Shown piece after piece: positions 7,999-14,121 of a DNA stretch of 19,964 nt. The notes below the pieces were generated by a model. The model saw only the letters and a list, made by a program, of their open reading frames with translations. It did no database searches and was not told the origin of the DNA. How positions within the stretch are numbered: the first letter of the stretch is position 1; each line of letters begins with the position of its first letter. The DNA comes from Methanosarcina sp. (GTDB lineage Archaea > Halobacteriota > Methanosarcinia > Methanosarcinales > Methanosarcinaceae), in contig NZ_JAQUVZ010000060.1 in NCBI RefSeq assembly GCF_028693135.1, positions 1 to 19,964 of the forward strand. The letters are read 5' to 3'. The translations under genes were made by a program, and so were the position numbers.

Positions 7999-8814
7999 AT
8001 GGCATGGACCTTCTATCGCATAAGTTTACGTCTTCTTTCTCCAGTTCATATAGGATGGAAAAAAACAGATAACTTGCAGCAGACACGGCCTTATGTTCTT
8101 GCCAAAACAATGTGGGGTGCATTGACTGCAAGAATAGCTAGAGACTATGGAAACTTTGACTATGAAAAGATTGGAAATGAAGTCGCTGAAAATTTAAGAT
8201 TCAGTTATTTTTATCCTACAATAATACCTAACAAAATTGATATTTTTCCATGGGAAAATATTGATGACTTTTCCTGGAAGTATTTGAATAGTTCCCAAAA
8301 TACCGCCCTGAATCAAAAAACAGCAGAAGAAGGTTCACTCCACGAGACTGAATATATCTCCCCGAAAACACGTAATAATAAGTCTGTGTATCTATTAGGT
8401 TATCTTTTTGAAAAAGAAGGGAGTGACTTAAAATGGCAAGAGTCATTAAAAAAAGTTCAGCTGGGAGGAGAACGTGGATATGGATGGGGAAAAGTGGAAA
8501 TGGGAAAAGTGGAAATAGAGGAAATATCTAAACTCCATGACGAATTTTTTAATGGGTATACTGTAGATTTAAGTAATGAGAATCCGATTATAAATGTTCT
8601 CGAAGAAAATAAATACGTACTAGCGCATACTCTTGCAAACAACTTGAATTTAAATGGTTTAATAGAACCTTTTGTTGGCAGAGAAACATCCAAAAATAAA
8701 TATTTTGGGGGGAAATATTCAAATGCTGAGATTTGTTGGATGCCTGGAGGCTTTGTAAATAAAAACGAAAAATTTGAAGTTCTACCTACAGGGTTATGGA
8801 AAAGTATGCATTGA
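7999..8814 (+). CDS. cmr3: Cas5-group RAMP (Cmr3/Csx10-like)
   Basis: RLLSPVHIGW..YVLAKTMWGALTARIA is a RAMP N-terminal motif. G-rich loop QLGGERGYGWGKVEM. Last gene of the effector operon. ATG 7999 follows GGGAGG (7987-7992) and the cas11 stop at 7995-7997. The track's earlier start at 7972 overlaps cas11. Confidence 0.55.
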   Translation: MAWTFYRISLRLLSPVHIGWKKTDNLQQTRPYVLAKTMWGALTARIARDYGNFDYEKIGNEVAENLRFSYFYPTIIPNKIDIFPWENIDDFSWKYLNSSQNTALNQKTAEEGSLHETEYISPKTRNNKSVYLLGYLFEKEGSDLKWQESLKKVQLGGERGYGWGKVEMGKVEIEEISKLHDEFFNGYTVDLSNENPIINVLEENKYVLAHTLANNLNLNGLIEPFVGRETSKNKYFGGKYSNAEICWMPGGFVNKNEKFEVLPTGLWKSMH

Positions 8815-8909
8815 GAGTTGAAATTTGTTAGATTCAATAATAAATTTATTTGGAATTCTATTTTATGACTTCATAATCCACCTATAAACCTGGAAAGTGA
8901 GGAAAACCT

Positions 8910-9599
8910 ATGGAAACGTTAGAAAATCCATTTTCCTTTTTGGATATATTTGTTTATCTTTTTCCAGGACTTATTGTATTTTTTACAATAGCTTGGTTTT
9001 TCATACCTGAAAATCAGGTGCCTGACATTTGGGTATTTTTTTCCGAAACAAAAGACTTTAAATATATTTTCTTATTTTTGGCCTTAATAATTATGTATAG
9101 TTTAGGACATATTGTATCTTCTTTTGGAAGCTGTGTTTTTGAAAAGGGACTTGTGAAAAACTGCCTAGGTTATCCTAGAGATAATTTTTTTAGAAACGAG
9201 AAAAAGAGCAGATGGCCATTTATATACTATGGAGTTAATTATTCAGAACAGTTTAGAGAGCGATTTCAGGTTATATTTGAAAATTGTTTTGGTGAGTTTA
9301 CAAATCAAGATAAATTCATATTATGTTTCACTTTTGTTAAAGAGAATTGTCCAACAACTTTTGGAAGAATTAATACTTTCATTTCTTTATATGACTTCTC
9401 AAGAAATTCAGCTGCAGCCCTGATTATCTTAAGTATTACATTCTTCCTCAAAAGCTATTTTATTTATGGCTTTCTAACATTTATATTTGCATTTCTTTTC
9501 ACTTTCAGGTATTTGAAATTTTTTCAGTTACATTCGGACGAAATTTTTAGAACCTTCTATGTTTATAATCATAACAGATTCAATGATCAAGAAAAGTAA
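8910..9599 (+). CDS. Uncharacterised integral membrane protein (about 4 predicted TM helices flanking a ~90-aa Cys-containing soluble region)
   Basis: Hydrophobic runs are FLDIFVYLFPGLIVFFTIAWFFI, FKYIFLFLALIIMYSLGHIVSSF and AAALIILSITFFLKSYFIYGFLTFIFAFLFTF. GTGAGG lies 9 nt upstream of the ATG. Same strand and same AT-rich composition as the cas operon, 95 nt downstream of it. I recognise no family. Confidence 0.55.
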   Translation: METLENPFSFLDIFVYLFPGLIVFFTIAWFFIPENQVPDIWVFFSETKDFKYIFLFLALIIMYSLGHIVSSFGSCVFEKGLVKNCLGYPRDNFFRNEKKSRWPFIYYGVNYSEQFRERFQVIFENCFGEFTNQDKFILCFTFVKENCPTTFGRINTFISLYDFSRNSAAALIILSITFFLKSYFIYGFLTFIFAFLFTFRYLKFFQLHSDEIFRTFYVYNHNRFNDQEK

Positions 9600-9688
9600 A
9601 TTATTGGAGTTTGACCGTATTTTCGAATATTATACAGTTCAAACAAAAAGCAAGCTGCTTGAGGTCTAAAATTGTTTAAAAATTAGCT

Positions 9689-9900
9689 GAAAATAAGTAA
9701 CTATTCAGCCGGGAAAAAACAATATCAATAGCCATCTTTACTAAGATTCAATAGACAAATTTCTGAAAATTAATTTTATTTGATTGTTGACTATTGATTG
9801 CGTTTGTTCAATTCTCATTGGTTAATAATCATACATATCGGTTTCATCAAAATCGATATCAATCAACGGATTTTTGTAGGCTGAATAGTTACGAAAATAA
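9689..9900. mobile_element. MITE-like non-autonomous element: 196-bp body (9697-9892), 14-bp perfect terminal inverted repeats, 8-bp direct target-site duplication
   Basis: GTAACTATTCAGCC (9697-9710) is the exact reverse complement of GGCTGAATAGTTAC (9879-9892). GAAAATAA directly flanks both ends (9689-9696 and 9893-9900). There is no ORF inside. Confidence 0.7.
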
Positions 9901-10001
9901 ATAAAAAGGCTCTTCAAAAAGTACCTTCAACCCACGAACTCGACAAAAACCAAAAACCTAAAATAACCCCCAAAAGTTATTCTCTAACAGGGAGAATAGC
10001 C

Positions 10002-10481
10002 ATGACCATCGAAACCGAAACTCCGGAATGTTGTCCTCGATTTGACCCCGTCCCCTGGGATGGAAAAGTCTTTGAATGGAACAATAAAAAGTTTATCAAG
10101 GATTCAGTTACCACGCAGCATTACATGCCTCTAAACTTTGGGGAGGTAATAATGAGGATGAACGAAAAAGTCGCCAGGGCTGGCGCGGAAGTGCCTGACT
10201 GGCTCTGTTTGTCGGACCATACCTCTGAAAGTAATATGGACCTCTACCTGGCTGTTGACAGAGAAGTGGATGGGGCTGAAAACGTAACCATGAGCGGGAA
10301 GTTCTTGACCAAAGTGTATGAAGGGGATTTTGAAAACACGGAAGGATGGTGCGGGGACATTGAAGGCTATGCAAAAAGCAAAGGGCTCGAAATCAAGGAA
10401 TGGTATATGTGGTACACTACCTGTCCCGCCTGTGCCGAAAAATACGGGAAAAATTACGTTGTTATCGTGGCCGAAGTTTAA
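10002..10481 (+). CDS. Conserved hypothetical Cys-rich protein (CCPxFDP..WD N-terminus, YTTCPxCAxKYGKNYVV C-terminus)
   Basis: 159-aa ORF with GGGAGAA 6-7 nt upstream of the ATG. From memory, its terminal motifs recur in small uncharacterised proteins of methanogens and anaerobic bacteria. Function unknown. Confidence 0.6.
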   Translation: MTIETETPECCPRFDPVPWDGKVFEWNNKKFIKDSVTTQHYMPLNFGEVIMRMNEKVARAGAEVPDWLCLSDHTSESNMDLYLAVDREVDGAENVTMSGKFLTKVYEGDFENTEGWCGDIEGYAKSKGLEIKEWYMWYTTCPACAEKYGKNYVVIVAEV

Positions 10482-10713
10482 AATAAAAATAGAGTCATAA
10501 TATCGGTGGCTCTACTTAACCTTTTTTTCTTATCAGGCCCGAGGGAGAAAGGAGAAGAAAGGGGGAAAAATCCTCCAAACTTACCCAACCGGAAAAATCT
10601 AGACTTTTTATTATTTTCTGGATTTTTGATTGATTGTAGTCAATTGCCAGTGGAATTCAGGGTAAATATTAGCAATCCCGGAAGATGTTAAAAATCTCTG
10701 AATTAGCACGCAT

Positions 10714-11022
10714 TCACGGATTATTCGCTTTATATCGGATCAAACCAGCTATCGAATGCAGCAGAACTCCTGTAAAAGCCATAAAGACCCCGATGAAAGC
10801 CAGCAGCAACATCAAAACAGCAGACCCGAGATTTAAGTTTCCATCAGGATAAAAGGTTTGTACATGATTAAGGTGTATATACAACCCACTTGCCACAAGA
10901 ATGAAACCTGGCAGAGTAAAGTAATACAGAGGACTATTAAACTCCACATAGTTAAAAATGTTTAACAAAACATTCGGACCATGCCCTAAAGGATTTTCCT
11001 TTGAGCAGTTTATATCACACAC
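10714..11022 (-). CDS. Hypothetical membrane protein or gene fragment (2 TM helices)
   Basis: The ORF opens without an ATG (GTG at 11022; the frame is open back to a TAA at ~11083-11085). Hydrophobic segments are YYFTLPGFILVASGLYI and AVLMLLLAFIGVFMAFTGVLL. May be a remnant. Confidence 0.3.
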   Translation of the reverse strand: MCDINCSKENPLGHGPNVLLNIFNYVEFNSPLYYFTLPGFILVASGLYIHLNHVQTFYPDGNLNLGSAVLMLLLAFIGVFMAFTGVLLHSIAGLIRYKANNP

Positions 11023-11226
11023 TTGAGCTACATTTTGAAGCGTAAGATCACCTTCTAGGTCATCAAAAAAATTCTTGTAAATTTATAGAATTAACTAATT
11101 TTCTTGATGGAAATACTTCAATATATAAAAATGCATCTAAAAGAATTATATATGGATCCAAATATATAAACTGGGGAACACAGATGAGTACGGAAATCTC
11201 TGTTCCGATACTGCCTTTCTTCCAGA

Positions 11227-11293
11227 TTTTCCCGTAATTTCCGTATTTTCCGTATTTTCCCTCAATTTCCGTATTTTCCCGTAATTTCAATGG
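11227..11293. repeat. Seven tandem 9-11-bp units of TTTCC(C)GTA(T/A)
   Basis: ttttcccgtaa/tttccgtat/tttccgtat/tttccctcaa/tttccgtat/tttcccgtaa/tttcaatgg, read directly. The period is about one helical turn. Confidence 0.85.
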
Positions 11294-11509
11294 TTCTAAC
11301 TAAATCCAGTTTCTTCAAAAAAGAATTCTGGTTTAACTGTATAATATATTCCACTAACCAGAGTGCAGGAAACTCTTTCTCCTGCCGATAGCAGAAAAAA
11401 TATATAAACAAAGAATTGAATCCCAATAAAACCCGATTCTTGCCCCTGAAGTAGAGGATATATTTTTCCACCTTTGTGAAGCAAATTAACCATATACATA
11501 TAAACAAAT

Positions 11510-11661
11510 GGTTAAGCATCTAACCAGTTATTTATATACAGGTGGTTAAGCGTTTAACCAGTTATTTATATACATGTGGTTAAGCGTCTAACCAGTTATT
11601 TATATACATGTGGTTAAGCGTCTAACCAGCCATTTATATACAGGTGGTTAAGCATCTAAAC
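11510..11661. repeat. 4.5 copies of a 34-bp tandem repeat, each with a GGTTAAGCGTCTAACC dyad plus a TTATTTATATAC TATA-like box
   Basis: Units are 11510-11543, 11544-11577, 11578-11611 and 11612-11645, plus a partial unit 11646-11661. They are contiguous with no spacers and differ at 1-3 positions per unit. Confidence 0.9.
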
Positions 11662-11682
11662 AAAATATGAAAAAATTGAAAA

Positions 11683-13089
11683 TTACTTCTTTTTCTCCCG
11701 TCCTCTCCCCACTTTTTTCTCAGTTTCCTCTCCTTTTGGTTCTCTCCTTGTCCATACACTTCTCTCAGTTCTCTCTCCTCTTTGCTCCGTTCCCTGACCC
11801 CAACTCTTCTCAGTCGTCTCTTCTTTTGGTATTCTCCTTGTCCATTCGCTCTTTTTAGGCCCCTCTACTCTCTGTTCTCTTCCCTGAACCCGAGTTTTCT
11901 TCATTATCTCGCTTGTTGGCTCCTTCCTTGTCCATACGCTCCTCCTGACTTCCGGCTTTTCCTCTTCTCTTTCCTCTTCATCTTCATCCAGGTCGTATCC
12001 GAGTTTTGAGCTTAAGGAATTTCTGGCTTTTCGGGCTTCGGCATAGTCCGGATTGAGCCTGAGGGCTCTTTCAATGGTTCTGAGGGCTTCTTCGTCTTTA
12101 TCCAGACCTGCGAGTGCCATGCCTTTGCAGTACCAGGCGTCAGCAAAGTCGGGCTTTATTAAGATAGCTTGACTGCAGGGCTCAAGCGCTTTTTTATATC
12201 TGCCGAGCTTGAGGTGGACCATTGCTTTTCCGATCCAGATCTTTGCATTGTCCGGGTTTATTTTGAGGGCGGCATCATAGGCTATTAGGGATTCCACATG
12301 CCTGTCCAGGCTGGAGAGAGCAAAGGCTTTGCCTTCCCAGGTCCGGGGGAGGTCCGGGTTTATTTTGAGAGCAGCATCGTAAGCTATTATGGCTGCTTCG
12401 TATTCGCCAAGGTCAACGAGGACTGAGCCTTTTGCGTTCCATGCACCCGCGAGTTTGGGGTTGGCAGCAAGGGCTTTTTCAGAGGCTGCAAGGGCTTTTT
12501 TGTGCTGCCCGAGCCTGCAAAGGACTGAGGTTTTAAGGTTCCAGGTCTTGTCGCTGTTAGGCTTAATTTCAAGCAGCCTGTCAAAAGCCTGCAGGGCATC
12601 TTCATCCCTGTTGAGCTGAAGGAGCACGAAACCTTTTTCGTAGAGGTAGGCAGGATTCGAAGGTTCGATTTCAAGAGCTTTTTCAAAGGCTTTCAGGGAA
12701 TCACTGTACATCCTGTACCTTAGAAACACTGCGGCTTTGCCTGCCCAGGCGGCTGCATCATCAGGGTTTTTCTGAAGGGCTTTATCATAAAGCGCAAGTG
12801 CTTTACTCCGGCGTTCAGAGACTGTTTCACCGGCATTGTCGGCCCTGCCTCCACCTTTCAGGGGGGTTCTGCCTGTCTTGCCTTTCTTGCCAGTCTTACA
12901 TGTTTTGCCTGCTCTATCTGGTCTACATGTTTTGCCTGCTCTGCCTGGCTTACCTGTTCTGCCTGGCTTACCTGTCCTGTCTGGCTTACCTGTTCTGTCT
13001 GGCTTACCTGTTCTGTCTGGCCTGCCTGTCTTGCCTGTTCTGTCTGGCTTATCTGCCTTGCCTGTATTTTTTTTAGAATCATTTGCCAT
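11683..13089 (-). CDS. TPR-repeat protein with repetitive basic N-terminal tail (GKPDRT-type hexapeptides) and charged repetitive C-terminal tail
   Basis: The central ~270 aa contain about eight 34-aa TPR-like units (e.g. AWAGKAAVFLRYRMYSDSLKAFEKALEIEPSNP, AWNAKGSVLVDLGEYEAAIIAYDAALKINPDLP). The N-terminus is (GK[PT]xR[TA])n. The C-terminus has three SVWTRKEP/SEWTRRIP/SVWTRREP-containing repeats. Confidence 0.85.
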   Translation of the reverse strand: MANDSKKNTGKADKPDRTGKTGRPDRTGKPDRTGKPDRTGKPGRTGKPGRAGKTCRPDRAGKTCKTGKKGKTGRTPLKGGGRADNAGETVSERRSKALALYDKALQKNPDDAAAWAGKAAVFLRYRMYSDSLKAFEKALEIEPSNPAYLYEKGFVLLQLNRDEDALQAFDRLLEIKPNSDKTWNLKTSVLCRLGQHKKALAASEKALAANPKLAGAWNAKGSVLVDLGEYEAAIIAYDAALKINPDLPRTWEGKAFALSSLDRHVESLIAYDAALKINPDNAKIWIGKAMVHLKLGRYKKALEPCSQAILIKPDFADAWYCKGMALAGLDKDEEALRTIERALRLNPDYAEARKARNSLSSKLGYDLDEDEEEREEEKPEVRRSVWTRKEPTSEIMKKTRVQGREQRVEGPKKSEWTRRIPKEETTEKSWGQGTEQRGERTERSVWTRREPKGEETEKKVGRGREKKK

Positions 13090-13630
13090 AGTATCGGTCC
13101 CGTGTAATTAGGTTTGGAGTAACTTTTTTTGCAATGAGAATTAGGTACACACCCAACCTCCCCTGATGGGCGGCAAATTCTCCGAGAAATCTAATTTCAA
13201 ACTCTGTTCTCGTATTTCAAACTGATCCTGCTAACCTACTCCTGCCACCTATTCCTGCTAATCCATTTCAAGCGGAGGATATTCGATATAGATCCGGAAA
13301 CAAGAAGAAACCTTCTCGACAGTTCCGGAAAAGCCGAAAATATCAGATATGGGTAGATATAGATAGAAAATTCTCCTGTAAAATAAAGAGGTAAAGCCCA
13401 TTATTAAATGCACCATTATATAAACCTGGACCTGAACTCTGAAAACCCGTATCCATTTCGTGTGTCTTCTGTTAAGTGAAGAACCATAATATATTGCACC
13501 CATTCCCACAACAGATGTTCAAAATTTTGACATAATCGGGCGTTTCATGACTCTCAGGGCTTCCGGCAAGATCTCTTTTTAAGTTAAGAAAACGGGAAGA
13601 AAAAACCGGGAAGAAAAAAAATCCGGTTCT

Positions 13631-13972
13631 TTAATGGCCATAATGCCCTATTAGAATAGCCGCAAAAACTGACATCAGCAGACATAAGAAAGTAAATATG
13701 AGAGCAAGGATTGACTTCATCTCGTCTTCTTCTGGCATCTTGTGGGGCGTTCCATTTACATACAATAGATAGAGCACGGCTGTTGAAACTGGCACTACCC
13801 AGAAGAAGTACTTGATGTCATCATAAGATACCACCTCAGTTGCATTCATCATGATTAATGCAATCATCAACCAGCCTATGATAAGATAAATTCCGATGAC
13901 TGTCTTCTTTTTCACAGACAAGAATTTAGAGCTCCTGCTGTGGCACTGATTCTGAGTTTTTGGATCTGTCAA
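13631..13972 (-). CDS. Hypothetical small membrane protein (3 TM helices)
   Basis: Hydrophobic segments are VIGIYLIIGWLMIALIMM, FFWVVPVSTAVLYLLYV and ILALIFTFLCLLMSVFAAILIG. The track start is a TTG; an internal ATG start is possible. An oligo-T run lies downstream on the minus strand (~13590-13625). Confidence 0.35.
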   Translation of the reverse strand: MTDPKTQNQCHSRSSKFLSVKKKTVIGIYLIIGWLMIALIMMNATEVVSYDDIKYFFWVVPVSTAVLYLLYVNGTPHKMPEEDEMKSILALIFTFLCLLMSVFAAILIGHYGH

Positions 13973-14031
13973 CTATGTAACACCCTAATTTAATATAGGG
14001 ACTTAGGTTTAAAACTGTTTCTTTCCCGGCT

Positions 14032-14121
14032 TCAGTCGATGAGGAGGAGGGACATCGGCTCAGGCTGCCCTTTGATAGGAAATACGATGGGCATTTCTGC
14101 TTCTGCAGCCGTCTTTTTCAT
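14032..14121 (-). pseudogene. Displaced 3' fragment (last 29 codons plus stop) of the DUF2284 gene split by the IscB element
   Basis: The minus strand reads MKKTAAEAEMPIVFPIKGQPEPMSLLLID*. Joined to the V183 codon (15712-15714), it restores a continuous 212-aa ORF: ..GINV|MKKTAAEA..LLLID. Confidence 0.6.

Noticed and set aside
135-8837. Minus-strand ORFs within the RT and cas genes (e.g. 135-476, 4894-5388, 5650-6003, 6838-7176, 7476-7685, 8457-8837)
   Set aside because: They are chance open frames in AT-rich DNA, antisense to genes with clear family motifs. 7476-7685 is itself generated by the 93-bp duplication.
9621-9635. 15-mer TTTCGAATATTATAC shared with 17630-17644, each just downstream of a gene end
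   Set aside because: One 15-nt match in 20 kb of AT-rich sequence is within chance expectation. There is no extended similarity around it.
10506-10691. 61-aa plus-strand ORF downstream of the Cys-rich protein gene; likewise 16586-16858 (90 aa)
   Set aside because: Both have non-ATG or weak starts, no RBS and no motifs, and their composition looks intergenic.
11063-11519. Minus-strand ORFs of 75, 85 and 67 aa in the repeat-rich intergenic region
   Set aside because: They are low-complexity translations of tandem repeats (GKYGKYGNYGK) with no RBS and no recognisable fold or motif.
11510-11661. Possible CRISPR array for the array-less type III locus
   Set aside because: The 34-bp units are directly contiguous with no unique spacers. 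This is a tandem satellite, not a repeat-spacer array. I found no other candidate array in the window.
12387-13111. Several 74-99-aa ORFs on both strands inside the TPR gene (Leu/Cys/Pro-rich or Gln-rich)
   Set aside because: They are alternative-frame or antisense readings of the 18-bp coding repeat and the TPR region. They are low-complexity and have no independent signals.
14032-14121. Independent 29-aa small ORF MKKTAAEAEMPIVFPIKGQPEPMSLLLID
   Set aside because: It is better explained as the displaced C-terminus of the DUF2284 gene, because it joins in frame to ..GINV at 15712.
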